The translations under genes were made by a program, and so were the position numbers. Below, piece by piece: positions 13,581 through 27,290 of a stretch of 64,000 nucleotides of DNA (its first letter is position 1; every line of letters begins with the position of its first letter). Origin of the DNA: Eledone cirrhosa (lineage: Eukaryota); NCBI GenBank assembly GCA_964016885.1, contig OZ024740.1, positions 90,148,001 through 90,212,000 of the forward strand, read 5' to 3'. The notes beneath the pieces were generated by a model. That model did not search any database. It worked only from the letters and a program-made list of their open reading frames with translations, and was not told the origin of the DNA.

Positions 13581-16083
13581 ATGCGCTTCTTGGTAATATG
13601 TGTGACGAGCGATGTGATGTGGTGAATTGTGTAGTTGTTCCATCATGGTCTGTTCTTTAGTTGCTAATTTCAACAAGGGACTCATCTTCTACTTAAACCA
13701 GTTGTTTTCTGCTAAATAGCGAGCGTGAGCCTATACATTGTCAATCACCTGATTATTTGCACAGCCATAATTTCTTTAGTGTCAACACAAATGTCTAGCG
13801 TTGTCTGCGAGCTTGAATTAATGTATACCCAGAGAAAATATAGAGGTTTATGAAGGCTGACACATTTTCTCCGAATCCATATCTGTGATGACTGAACAGG
13901 TAGTATATCTTGTCAAAGAGCAACCTGTAAATATTTATAACGATTCTCTCATAATTGTCCGAAAAAAAGTACTTGATAATGTTTAAAATTTACTAATTTT
14001 CTATTTGAAGGACCACAAAAACTGCACCGATTTTCACTGTCGGGGATTTCTTTGTTGCAAGTCAAGTCCACATAATTCCTATACTTTATTTCTTAAGGTT
14101 AGTGTAAAAAATAAATGTCTTATCTGTCGTCTGATACCAAAACATTAATGTAGGTTTTTAACTAAAGATTTATAGATTTTTATCCCTCAAAGCCACAAAA
14201 GCAGTCTTGTATAATTCAACATATAGCAGCGGTTTTCTAGTGATCAAGTATGTAGCTAGATATGGGTACACCATCCCATATATACCAGAGCACAGACACA
14301 AATATATATAATCACGCATATACACATACAGTGCATTCCTGAAAAAGGCAGCTAGGTTAAGCGGTGAAATATATATTCATATATAGATAAGTCTACATGC
14401 TTATGTATACTACTACAAACATACGCTCGAATATGTTATTCTAGTATTTAGTCGAAAGACGTGATAGAAGCTACAGTCATATATCCATTAAAACACAAGT
14501 AATCTCTAAAAATGTTTATAAGTAAGAACAGTAGAGTTAATGTTCATTCATCTTTCAATCTGAGATAGATTACAAATAATAGGAGACACTTTAAATTATG
14601 ACACATATGAGTCAATTAAAAACAATGAATTCCTCTGGTAATATCTTATACTGACACAATATGATTCGCATTTGTATTGACATACATTAGATACATGTTA
14701 ATTGAATGTTGCCTGCAATAAGTTTATCTGACAGAAATATGTTATATGGCTATATATCAAACTACATAACATATGCATAATTATATGGGATTGTTTTATA
14801 TTTCTCTAACAGTATATGTTGACATTTATTGAAGAAATTAAAGATATGTCGATAAATAGAATCGGCTTTAAATTATTAATGTTTACCTAATACCGAATTC
14901 CACATATCGCAATTGAAACACAGATACTTATATTACATTGCCATTATATGAAACGGCGTTATCTGTTTATAAATCAGAACGGAAATGTATGTATATATAT
15001 GACATCATGTCAAACAAACTGCTGTAAACCACAGGATAATTCCAATGAATAGGCATTAATATGAAGAGACGAATATAGTGTGGATAAATTAGCAGATCAA
15101 CTAATTCCTTTTATTTGCCCCGCTATATCAATGGTGTAATCTAACATTTCAGACTCGATAAATATATAGAAAAAAGGTATTCGAAAATTTCGCTTTGTAT
15201 GAACAACATTCTCTTAGAAGAAGCTACAAGGGACAAATGGCTCCGGAAACCATATATATTTGTACTTCACTGAATGCATTAATGCGACCAGTGCATGGGA
15301 AATCACTGATTTGATACTATATGTGAAGAAGGATCTCTGTATTATTTATATTGATAACAAATACGGTTCCGTTTTTAATGCACTGTTAATCTTTTCACAT
15401 CGGTAATTTGATTATTTCAATTAAGTTTAAGTCGTATTTTATCGAAGAGTAAATGTAAATTTCGAGTTTTAATATATAGGATTACGAATTTCTCTCTAAT
15501 AATCTGGTTACATTATATTCAAATGCTATACGTGGTCACTGACCTGAACTTCAGAAAAGTTATGAAGTACCATATCCAATGTAGTGATATAAAACCTTCT
15601 AAATACAGAGAGAATAACACGCTTTATATGCAAATGTATGCTGCTTGTACTGTTTTCAACGGAGACATCTGGTTCAGCAAATGAATCAAGGGAGATAATA
15701 GTTTAAATATTAATTAAATTACAAAACCAATATTTCAATTTATTTTCATATGAAATAAAATTACAATTATCTGTAATAAAATAAATGATATTTTTGTTAC
15801 TGAAAAAACATAATTATAACGGAATGCACCTTTCACAGTTACAGACTATTAGGAAATTATGAAAAAAGCAATTAAATTGCAGAAGAAATTAAATATTAAA
15901 GTTAATCAAAATTTTTCGAAATCATTTCTTACATATTTGTAATGAAAAATTTAGTTAAAATATCGGTCAATTCGTTTATATATGATTTCATTAAGAGTAG
16001 TAAATACAATAATTATTTCACAATTTCATCTATTCATTTCTCCTAATGACATTAACATGGTTTCTGAATTTATATTTACTCAC

Positions 16084-16152
16084 TCACACACACAGACAAA
16101 TATATATATACATATATACATACACACACACACACATATATATATATATATG

Positions 16153-16212
<60 letters not shown>
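16084..16212. repeat. (CA)n/(TA)n microsatellite
   Basis: Directly visible. Confidence 0.95.
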
Positions 16213-16213
<1 letters not shown>

Positions 16214-16918
16214 CAAGAATTACAGTTGCCTCTTCCAACTGATGGTTTGCTCATTAATAAATAAAGACTAATAATAGTAAAAACAAATAGAAACAACTTC
16301 ATAGAATAAATGATGAGGATATTCACCTAATTAAGTTATGTTTCATTTATTATGCATGCTCTATGGGTTTTTAATCGATTTTGAAACCTCAAACAGATGA
16401 CAATAAAAAATAACGTGCTGCGTTTTTTTTTTAATAAATCTGTCTTATTTCCCATAATAGAAAAAAAAAACAAAAAAAAAACAAACACATAGGAATCTAA
16501 GAAAAGAGAGATAACTCACTTAATTCTCAATGATATTACACTCATAAACATTACAATCATAAAAATAAATTGAGGCCGTATGAAAGAAAACCTTATTCCC
16601 TATCTTTTGTTAATATACTGAACATTTAACAATTTAACTTTCAGTGGGATATGAAATTAACACATTTCAAATAGAAGATATTTATCTATGGATCCTATAT
16701 AAAATTTAAAAGCAGACTGATGCTTGTTGACAGAAATCTACATATCAAATAACCCGTATTACAGTCATGATAATCAGTTAGAAATCAAAAACGAGGATTT
16801 ACTCAAAAATATCTGTATGATCTTCACGTAGTACAATTATGCATAATAATTACAATTGTTTTCTAGCATACCTACCTAATACAGATACGCACAAACACTC
16901 ACACGTATTAAAATATGC

Positions 16919-17210
<292 letters not shown>

Positions 17211-17784
17211 GGGGGTATTTTCGTCAACCGGGGTGATGCAATCTGGCAGTACGAAACACATCATTTGTCAAATGAAATCTAAGTATATGAAAGCTAAATT
17301 GAGTATCGGGAATAAGAATAATATAATAAGAATAATATAATAAGAATAATATATATTTCGGCAACACCAATCGGTATAATCTGTCCGATTAAAGAAAACA
17401 TAATCTTTAAACATACTTCTGTGCATTTTCACCTTCACCTTTTACCTATATATGGAGATCTACATATATCTAGAACGGCCAGGAAGAATCATTATGAGAA
17501 CAGAAATGAATAACGTCTATTTAGGAACATTAATGTACCTTACTTTATTTAAATGCCTAAATATACCTATGACATATATTCTATGAAATATTCAGAAACA
17601 AATCATAATCCTTTCTGACTTCCGTTACATAGAAAATAAGTTTTCTTTTGATTTATTTCTGCCAGATAGCAACATAATTCCATTCTGCTCTTTTATTCTT
17701 AGATTCATACATAACTTTGTGTCAATTAAATTCGAGGCCTTACTTTCTTAATATTTCCCGGTGCAATTATATTTGCAATATCAC

Positions 17785-17968
17785 GTGTATTGGAAGTACC
17801 GGTAGAGTGTCAGACATCATGCTTTGCAACACAGAATTTTAGCCCTTTACTTTCTCAGATCAAATCCCGACGAGGTTAAATTTGCTTTTGTCCTTACGTG
17901 GTCTATATAATAAACACCCTAATGTACTGTGGTAATTACTGGCCTTGTGCCAAAAGTAGAAACAATTA
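17785..17968 (+). mobile_element. SINE, copy 2 (diverged)
   Basis: Homologous to 735-952. 3' end ggccttgtgccaaaagtagaaacaatta. Confidence 0.75.
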
Positions 17969-18375
17969 TCGCATAGAACGTAATTTAACTTAACATATAT
18001 AATAATTCATTCTTCTTTTTGTTTCATAATATCTTCACTTTTACAAATTCAATTCTCTCCTTAAATGTAACTGTTTATTTTATAGCATCCAGGAATGATT
18101 GAACTAATTTTACGTTTACATTTTCAAATATTCTTTATGCAATCATTTTCATGTGATTATTATCTATCACCCGGTTTGAGATGTAGCGATATTTATAATG
18201 TTTTATATTTTGTTATATATTTTGTCGAGTTCTATTACTTATTGTTTTAAACTAAAATGAGTATATATATATGCAGAAGTTATATTTGATTTGTTGGGAT
18301 TCCAACAAACTTAAACGTTCATAACTTATATAGAGCACTCAACAGATTACTGGAGTAAATATACAATATATTAAT

Positions 18376-18563
18376 TGTTTCTACTTTTGGCACAAGGCCA
18401 GCAATTACCCAGTGCATTACTGGTACTTTATTTTATCGACCCTGTAAGGATGAAAGGCAAAGTCAACCTCGGCGGGATTTGAACTCAGATCGTAAAGGGA
18501 CGTAACTATGCTGGAAAGCATAGCGTCCGACCCTCTACCGATACTGCCAATCCACCGCCGTGG
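18376..18563 (-). mobile_element. SINE, copy 3 (full length, 17-bp TSD)
   Basis: Minus strand reads ggcggtggattggcag...gagttcaaatcccgcc...ggccttgtgccaaaagtagaaac. TSD atatacaatatattaat at 18359-18375 and 18564-18580. Confidence 0.88.
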
Positions 18564-19009
18564 ATATACAATATATTAATAAATGGAAACTATATTTATA
18601 AAACCATAATTATTTTATTATATATATTTCAAGGGCAACCAAGGCAGTCTTGGTGCGCTGTTATATATATATATTTTAAGGGAAACCAAGGCAGTATTGG
18701 TGCGCTTTCATAAGATAAAATACAAAGTTTGTTTTATAAATAGTGACATAGCCGTGGAAAACAACCATGACGGTTGAAAGTTCTCTTGATAGTAACACAT
18801 TTTATTGAGGGTAATTCAAAGTTCTGTGTGAATATGCAAATGAATGTACGAAAAATTGAATAGAACAACCATTTATTTAAATTACGCTTTGGGAAGAAGA
18901 GAGAGAAAAGAAAAGAATGAAGAAAGAGTGAAGACAGAAGCTTATCTGAGGATGAGTTCATATAACGTAAACACGTCTTATGTTTATGTTACATATTTTT
19001 GTTACGTAT

Positions 19010-20110
19010 ATTTATTAATAATTGTTAGAATTTTATTATTATAAATATTTATTTACTATCATAAGTATATAGAAAATTATATATAGAAAAAATAAAGATA
19101 TATTAAAATTAAAAATAAAGATATATTAAAATATATTAAGATATATTAAAATATATCAAAACATATTAAAATATATTAAAAATAGTTTTAAATAAATATG
19201 AAGTAGAAGCATGGGATAAAATGTAGATATAAGGATAGATATATGAGTGGATAGATGGGTATATAATGTTATAGGTGATACATTATGAGGGATACTAGTT
19301 TATATTTAGTGGAAGTATTTAAATTAAATTAAATTAAATTAAATTAACTCAGACAATAAGATTACTTATATGTTTAATTGGAAAAATATTGAAAACCCCA
19401 GTTTTGTTTCTTTAGTAGTTATTATGAGATCATTTTGACAAATATATGTTTAAAGATATATTTAGCCAGAATTATTTATTGGTTATAACTCTAATATTAA
19501 ATAATTACACAAAATTACAAAAAATTACAAAAATTAAAAAAAATTAATTAAAAGTATAAGAAAATAATAAAACCATTAAAGAATTAAGACTATAAAATGT
19601 TAACATTTCTAGAAAAAATTATTTCCAAGAGATTTTTAAAAGATCTCAAAAAGACTCCGAAGATACTCAAAAACCTTTTAAAAACATTTAAAAAGTATTT
19701 AAAATTAATTAAAAATCTAAAATTATTCAGCAAATATTATTAAAAGCCTAAAATTATTTAAAACTATGAAGAAATATTAAGAAATATTTAAAAATACTTA
19801 AAAATATTTAAAAATATTTAAAAATATTAGAAAAATACTAAAAAATATATTAAAAATATTAAGGTGACCCCAAAATTAGTTCTTTTGAAAATAAGTAATA
19901 TTTTAAAACATTAATGTAATTTTTCTAAAATGATTATGAGATATTTTGGAAGAAAGAAAAATAAAGATAAAAAATAAAGATAAAAATAAAGATATTTAAG
20001 AAGTAAAATATTTAAAAGTAAAATATATATATATTTAAAAAGTAAAAAATATTAAAATTAGAATTACATTAAATGTAAATATAAAGATTTAGAATTTATG
20101 AACATATATG
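19010..20110. repeat. Extremely AT-rich low-complexity region with degenerate aaaatatatt / aaaaataaagat repeats
   Basis: Directly visible; no ORF. Confidence 0.7.
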
Positions 20111-20452
20111 CATATAATTTAAGAAATGAGATTATAGGTGTTTGGATAAAGTAAACATTATGTAGAGAAGATTTAACGTGTAATTATATTTCATATATAG
20201 ATCTAAAAGTTGAGTTTGGGCGATGCCTACAAGAACTAAATAAATTGTTACGTAAATTAATGGAGTTCTTACATTTAAGTATATATACATATATATACAT
20301 ACATGCATATACATATTCCTTCTTCATATAAAATAGCTTTTGTAAAATTGCAGGTAATTTTGAAACTACAACTGAATATGTTACTTATCCTATGAATGCA
20401 GTTTGTTACACATGAATTTTGTAAGGGTAATAATGTAAATTATATATATATA

Positions 20453-20545
20453 CACGGTGTTCCCAAAAATTTGACATTTTAAAAGCAAATATCCCGAAAA
20501 CTACTAGGTCTAGCTCAATGAAGACAACTTTTTGGGGATACCCTG
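20453..20545. mobile_element. 93-bp Tc1/mariner-type MITE
   Basis: TA|cacggtgttcccaaaaa ... tttttggggataccctg|TA: imperfect 17-bp TIRs with TA on both flanks. Confidence 0.7.
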
Positions 20546-20549
20546 TATA

Positions 20550-21290
20550 TCTGTATATATATAAAATTAAGTATGTGTGTGTCTGTGTGTCTGTGTATTA
20601 CCTATAGGGGCCTACATCTTACGACCGATTTTCATGAAACTTTACAGGCTCATGGATTAGTCATCGCGGAGTGTTTTCTATGTATTAGCGTATAATTATT
20701 TTTATTCCGGGGTCATTCTACTGATAGAAATTAATAGGGGGCGTCACCTTTTTTTAGGTATCGAAAAATAAGAATTTTGGCTCTAGTCCCACATTGTGCC
20801 ACCGATTTCGTTCACATTTGAAAGCAAAATAGAATTTATCATTCCACATCCTGTAATGGGTTTATATTTTACATTTGTTGTTCAGGGACGGCGTGGGAGC
20901 CGCTTAAATATTCATAAATACCACTTTTAGACTCAAATTACCACTTTTTCGGCTCTAGCTCCCACATTAATGAACCTACTTTGTTCAGATTTTACACTAC
21001 GCTACACCTGATTATTAAACGTCTTAAAGTGGCTTTACATTTCGGATTCTTTTGTTCAGGAACGGCGTGGCAGCCGCTTAAATATTCGAAAACACCACGT
21101 TTTCGCTCAAATTTCCGCCTTCTCGGCTCTAGAACCAACATTTTTCAACCGAATGCGTTCAAATTCGAAACTTCGGCTCTACCTCACACATACGCGACCG
21201 ATTTTCAAGAAACTCGCAGTCGCTAAGATCAACACCTTTTCATTAATGCACATATTATTTTACCTACCCAGGAACGCTGGGTACTGCTGG
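20550..21290 (+). mobile_element. Non-autonomous Helitron with internal tandem subrepeats
   Basis: A|TC 5' end, subterminal (GTCT/GT) microsatellite, four ggctcta..cacat..accga subrepeats, 3' hairpin tacccag-gaacg-ctgggta, then CTGG|T (CTRR). Confidence 0.85.
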
Positions 21291-21929
21291 TCACACATAT
21301 ATATATATATATATAAGGTTATTTATTAGAACATGCATAAGTTTAGATGAAATATTTCATGAAATGCAACCAGATATTTGGGGCAAAGCTTTATCATGTA
21401 CTGGAATATATATATATATATGTATATATATGATTTGGTTTTCATTTCAAACGCATATTTTAAAACTTTTATCACCGTGTCATTACGTCAGACTTCTTAT
21501 TATTATTTGATATCAATGTTTAGTACTTGCGATAATATTTATTACGGTAAGATTTCCCAATAATAAACGTTAAAAAAAATATGGAATACTTCCATCATTG
21601 ATTATTAAAGTTTCAAATATGCAACATATATCATTTGCAACTCTGTTATTAGACATTATCCATCACGACTACGATGGTTGGAATAGATCTCAATACCCAC
21701 TGCAGCTCTGAGTTGATATTGTGAAGCGGATTAATCTAACGCTAATCGGATATGTCTAAGAATATTTTTATTCTCGCATAACTTTGTAAATTAGTAGTTT
21801 TTAATTAATTCTGTTCACACAAGAAATATAAATCATAACCATGTGACGAATATTGCTCAAAATAATAAGTAGAATTCTGAAATAATTTATAGGGATTGTA
21901 TCAGACAAATATATCCATATTTTGTATTA

Positions 21930-23092
21930 TGAGAGCTGGGCGTGCTGTGGCTAATGATGCGCAGGCATGCTCTGAGGCTGTGACATCTCCAGATATTCGG
22001 CCTAAATGGTAAACAGGTGTGGTCGCCGTTTATCTGACGGGCCTTTCCGCAGCACGTTTCTTTTACAGAGCTGCAGTCCTGGGTCAAGAAGAGGCCGAGT
22101 CTGGGTTACTGACACCAAGAATGTTGCCAGCCACTCACTGCCCTCTACCAAGTGGGCAATGCGATCAGTGGAACTTCCCTTTTGAGTTTTATAGAGGATT
22201 AGTGGTGGGAAAGTGCGATGATGCACTCGGAGAAGCTTTGGGCCTCGACAAAGTCGAACTGACCAGTCTGTACCTGAGGACTTTCGAGCCGGGGACGATG
22301 GACAATTTCCAGAAATCCCTCGCTTGACAGTGCTATCGGGGGGCACTGCCCGTTCGGGATAAACTCTACAGGCACGGAAGTGCTGTCAGACAGACATGCC
22401 CAAGATGCGCACAGAGCGATGAAACCGTTCTGCACGCACGTGTCCAAAGTCCGTGCATTACTGCCTTGTGGTGTTATGTCGAACAGCTACTGTCGCGTGT
22501 GGAACGGAACCGGCTATCGGCCGAGTCCATAGTGAAGATCGACCCGCCACTTTCTTACGTCAGGAAGAGCAGGAAATTTTCCTCTGTCCGGTGGCAATTG
22601 CGAAAGAGTTTATATGGTGGACCAGATTAAAAGGACTGAAGACAGACAATTTTCACTTCGGCCTATCCCTCATCAACTTCTTCAAGTTTCACCTGGAGAG
22701 GAAAGTAAGGGTGGAGAGATATGTCCCCCACTCCCAGTACATTTGGTAATAGGTGGATGAATGTGGCGAGAATGGCCTGTGTGAATGACCGTACTCTGAC
22801 CATGCGCTTATAGGCTAGCTAACTTGAGGAGAGGGGTGCTCTCCCTGGGTGTCCCTAGAAGCCCAGGGTGGTTCAGGATTAGTATAGTACCTGAGTCATC
22901 CCTGGTTCGTCCTCTCCCTATAGGGGAATTTATTTTGATATATTTATGCATTGTTTATTTAATATTTTTTTATCTTCATTATTAAATTAGTCTTGCCATT
23001 GTGCACTTTTACTCGCCCTTATAGTAAACTCCCACTGTCCCTGTCTTTGTATTGTGCCCCATATGTCGGCCCTTGTGGCTAATAAGTCAAAG

Positions 23093-23093
<1 letters not shown>
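21930..23093 (+). mobile_element. Tx1-like LINE T1: 5'-truncated, divergent subfamily, with (ATT)n tail at 23094-23129
   Basis: MDNFQKSLA and WWTRLKGLK..INFFKFHL are homologous to the ORF2 C-terminus at 40509-43928. Ends cccttgtggctaataag. Confidence 0.9.
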
Positions 23094-23129
<36 letters not shown>

Positions 23130-24800
23130 GGTGAAGCCACGCTTGTTATCGCCTCCTGCTTTTTTCAACGTTTTATCTCGTTTTCAACCGTTCTAAACCT
23201 TTCATTCAAGTTTTAAATGTGATAAAAGTTTAGAAGTGACCCACCTAATACAGTGGTTCACTCGTAAATAATACGGCACCCCTTTACGGGGTTTCGTATT
23301 CGTATATGTGTAAAAATATTTTTTTGAAAAAATTTCAACATGGATAACACAAGAAACAGAGAGAGCTCTGTCAGACAACACATAGAGAGGTTGACTTTAT
23401 CAGCATGTCAACAAGACAGCGTTCCAGCGGAGGTGAATATAAACGAAAATATTACAAACGAATAGATGATTGTTACAGATTTAAAAGTAACAAATATTTC
23501 TAACACAAACAACACCAACAATAACACCAACAACAACACCAACAACAACACCATCAATAACAACAGCAACAACAAAAATAACAGCGGTAAAGTCGAGAAC
23601 GACAATAATAAAAATAACAGCGATAAGGTCGAGAACGACAATAACAATGACAATAACAACCGCCACAACAACAATAATAGTAGGAACAGTATCAACAAAA
23701 TCAACAATAAGAAGAACAGCCACATTAACAGTAACAACAGTATCAACGAAAACAACAACAACACCAACAACTTTACCAAGGAAAACAACAACAATGACAC
23801 CGATACCTGTAATAGCGATCTCAGCACCACCAGTAAGACCTGTAGCGGGAGCAATAGTGGTGCTGCTGAAAAAGGGATCACTTCTTTTGCAGGTGTGGCC
23901 CAAAATATCGAGACAGTGTTAGTCACAGAGGAGGAGATGGCAGTCTCAAGGACCATGGTAACAAGAAGCGCCAATAGAGTCTCCCGAAAACCTCCACCCG
24001 ATTTTTTCAAGGACAAGCTGCTACGGACGGTGACTTACCGCACCGTAGGCAAAATCTCATATCGGGTGGAGAGAGAAACGGAGGCTCAAATCTAAAAGGA
24101 ATTGGTGTGCGTCTGGGCACGGAAAACCCACATCACTGGAGACAGAAAGTACCCCACAGTAGACGTACATTTCTCCCCTCCCCCCCCAGGAAGCAAAGTC
24201 TCACTCTTTGGAAAACCCTAAAGAGTGAGGAGATAGTCTTGGTGCCCCCCTACTGCCGGCAGAAAATTGTGAGGGTCAAAGTGACCCAGGTCCCACCCGA
24301 CATGCCCATGCCTTCGCTGCTCGCGTCTGTCCTTAGGAATCGAGAACAGGACGACCATGCTTCAAGTAGAAAAAATAGGACAAGGTTAAAAGGGTTAAAG
24401 ACAGACACTTTCCTCTTCGGGGAATCCCTAATTAACTTTTTGAAGTTTCACTTGAAGAGGAAAATCAGGGTGGAGAGGCAAGTGCTGACTTCTAGCAAGT
24501 TTGTTGAAAGGTGGGTGAATGTAGCGAGAATGGTCCGAGTGAACGGGACCGCTCTGAATATACGTCTGTAGTTTGAGAAATGGAAAAATTGAGAGAGGGC
24601 GCTTGCCCTGGTGGTGAGTGTGGCCGTGGGCTTTTGTGTGGTTTTCGCCACGAATAACCCTCGGAGGTTTCCCCTCTATTGGGGAATTTTTCATTGTTTC
24701 AATTTTCAATTTTATTGTATATATATAGATGTAATTTTTTAAATTTTTTATATAAAATATTTACACGCACAAAACCCACATCGTACCGTCCTGTACCGTC
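23130..24800 (+). mobile_element. Tx1-like LINE T2 (type B): 5'UTR and ORF1 N-half fused directly to the ORF2 C-terminus and 3'UTR (large internal deletion)
   Basis: Starts GGTGAAGCCACGC right after (ATT)n. Asn-rich ORF1 remnant. Jumps at ~24380 into TRLKGLKTDTFLFGESLINF. Confidence 0.9.
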
Positions 24801-27257
24801 AAGCACCACCGACTTATCTACTGGGTCTAGGAAAATGGCCCGTATCGCGAGATCCAAGCCTCTCCGAAATTGGACGCCGAGCCCTCCCCCCGATCCTGGA
24901 CGGCTGGGAGATGCGTATACATCGTAGCCGCCGACAATCGCTGCGAAGGCCTGTTCTTCGGAGATTCTGGTTTCACTCTTGGCCACCACATCTATGTTTA
25001 GTGACCTGAGGTCATTGAGCAGGTGACCCTGCTTCCAAGATAACCCAGGCCACGTGCATTTATCCTGCCTATTCTGAGTACGGCTATGTTGGATGAGAAA
25101 CGGGGCAAGTGAGAAAGGGTCACTTACCTTGTTCGTGTGGTGAAGGGACACTAGAACAGTCCCTTTAGCTGGTCATGGGTGATTCCAAGAGGATGTTAGT
25201 GTATATCCTCTTGGTAACCGACCCACTGAAGTCTCCAACTGCGTTGGGGAATTTTGGTTTTAAAGGTTTGTTCTGTTGAGATTTCGATGACGCTTATGTT
25301 TGTCGGGAGAGTTCTTGGTGTTGGTGGGGTGTAGTATTTTTTTTCTGTGATGTCTGTGTGCTGCTTTATGTATTGTGTGACTTCTTTTTTTTGCCATGTT
25401 TATGGCGGTGTACTTTTTGGGGGGAGGGGTGATTTTGTTGTAGTTTTCTTCTTGTTGCTGTTTGGTGTGTGTTTGCGTTGTTGGTGTTTTTGGTGATGCT
25501 GGTGGTGGTGTGGTTGTTGTCGTCAGTGGTGCTTGTGGTGGTGATGGTGGTGGTGTTGCTGCAAGTTTCCTTGCTGCCTTTACCCCTCTTTGTATGTCTT
25601 CGCTTTTGGAGGGTGAATATAAGGGTTTTTTTGTTTTTTGTTTTTTTTGTGGCAGACCGTTTGCCACTTCACTCCCGCCTCAAACTCTATGTCGGATTTT
25701 GTGGCGTCTGGGAGGGGCATGAGCTCCACAGCGGTTGGTGGTGGTATTGGGCCCTATTCGGCAATGTTGTTGCTGGTGTAGTTACTTCAAATGTAGCTAT
25801 GGGTGTTGCCGCTACTGATGATGCTGCTTTAGCTATCCGTGGCCTTGGTACGGGTGCTACGGACGTTGCCCTCCTACAGTGGTAGGGGCTTCTTCGTTTG
25901 TTGCTTGTCCTGCTCTTGGTAGCAGCGGACCAGGTATTGGAAGGAGAAGGGCCTTCTTCGCTGTCTTCCCTCTACACTTATAGGGAGTTGGAGTCCTTCC
26001 TCGATGTCTATGATATCGGGGATAGCGTCGATACATTCCTGATCAGTTTGTATAAGTATTTGCATGCCTATACCTGACCAGTTCTCTCTCCCTATTTTTT
26101 CTACTTGCAGCAAGGTCGCCCTGTACTCGAATCCAGCAAGGACAGACGCGGCCAGCCAAGTTATGGGAACGTCGGGTGGGACCTGGGTCACTTTGACCCT
26201 CACAATTTTCTGCCCGCAGTAGGAGGTCACCAAGACTATCTCCTCACTCTTTAGGGTTTCCAAGAGTGAGACTTTGCTTCATGGGGGGGTGCCGAATAGT
26301 ACGTCTACTGTGGCGTACATTCTGCCTGGGATGATGTGGGTTTTGCGTGCCCAGACGCAGTCCAAGGCCTGTTGGATGTGAGCCTCCGTGGCTCTCTCCA
26401 CTCGATGTGAGATTTTGCTTACGGTGCGGTAAGTCACCGTCCGTAGCTGCTGGCCCTTGCGACTACCATCTCCTCCTCAGTGACTAACACTGTCTCGATA
26501 TTTCGGGCCACACCTGCAAAAGAAGTGGTCCCTTTTTCAGCAGCACCACTATTGCTGCCACTACTGGTCTTACTGGTGGTGCTGAGATCGTTATTACAGA
26601 TATCGGTGACATTGTTGTTGTTTTCATTGGTACAGTTGTTGATGTTGTTGTTGTTGTTTTCGTTGATACTGTTGCTGTTGTTACTGTTATTGTGGCTGTT
26701 GTTATTATTGTTGTTTTTATTGATACTGTTCCTACTATTATTGTTTTTGTGGCGGTTGTTATTATCATTGTTATTATCGTTCTCGACTTTACCGCTGTTA
26801 TTTTTGTTGTTGCTGTTGTTATTGCTGGGGTTGTTGTTGGTGTTGTTGTTGGTGTTGTTGTTGGTGTTGTTTGTGTTAGAAATATTTCTTAATTTTAAAT
26901 CTGTAACAATCTTTTTTTCCTTTGTAATATTTTCGTTTTAATTTACCTCCGCTGGAACGCTGTCTAGTTGACATGCTGATGAAATCTCCCTCTCAATCCG
27001 TTGTCTGACAGGGCTCTCTCTCTTTCTTGTGTCATCCATGTTGACATTTTTCAAAAAAAAATATATTTACCCAAATACGAATACGAATATGAAACCACGT
27101 AAATGGGTGCGTATTATTTACTGGTGAACCCCTGTATTAGGTGGGTCACTTCTTCTAAACTTTTATGAAATTTAAAACGAATAAAAGCTTTAGAACGGTT
27201 GAAAACCAGGTAAAACGTAGAAAATAAACTGGACGCGATAAGAAGCGTGGCTTCACC
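24801..27257 (-). mobile_element. Tx1-like LINE T3 (type B): 5'UTR, ORF1 and start of APE; 3' part lost
   Basis: Inverted homolog of T2. ORF1 fragments (IVRVKVTQVPPD, LPISVEGR) and APE start SWKQGHLLNDLRSL. Confidence 0.9.
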
Positions 27258-27290
27258 AACAATAATAATAATAATAATAATGATAATAAT

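Noticed and set aside
18620-18710. Two ~45-bp tandem copies (aaggg.aaccaaggcagt.ttggtgcgct)
   Set aside because: A simple local duplication with only two units.
18730-20300. AT-rich block considered as a NUMT or mitochondrial control region
   Set aside because: No recognisable mitochondrial tRNA, rRNA or protein motifs.
20340-20425. Possible small host exon after ttgcag
   Set aside because: Short, no recognisable homology and no neighbouring exons to support it.
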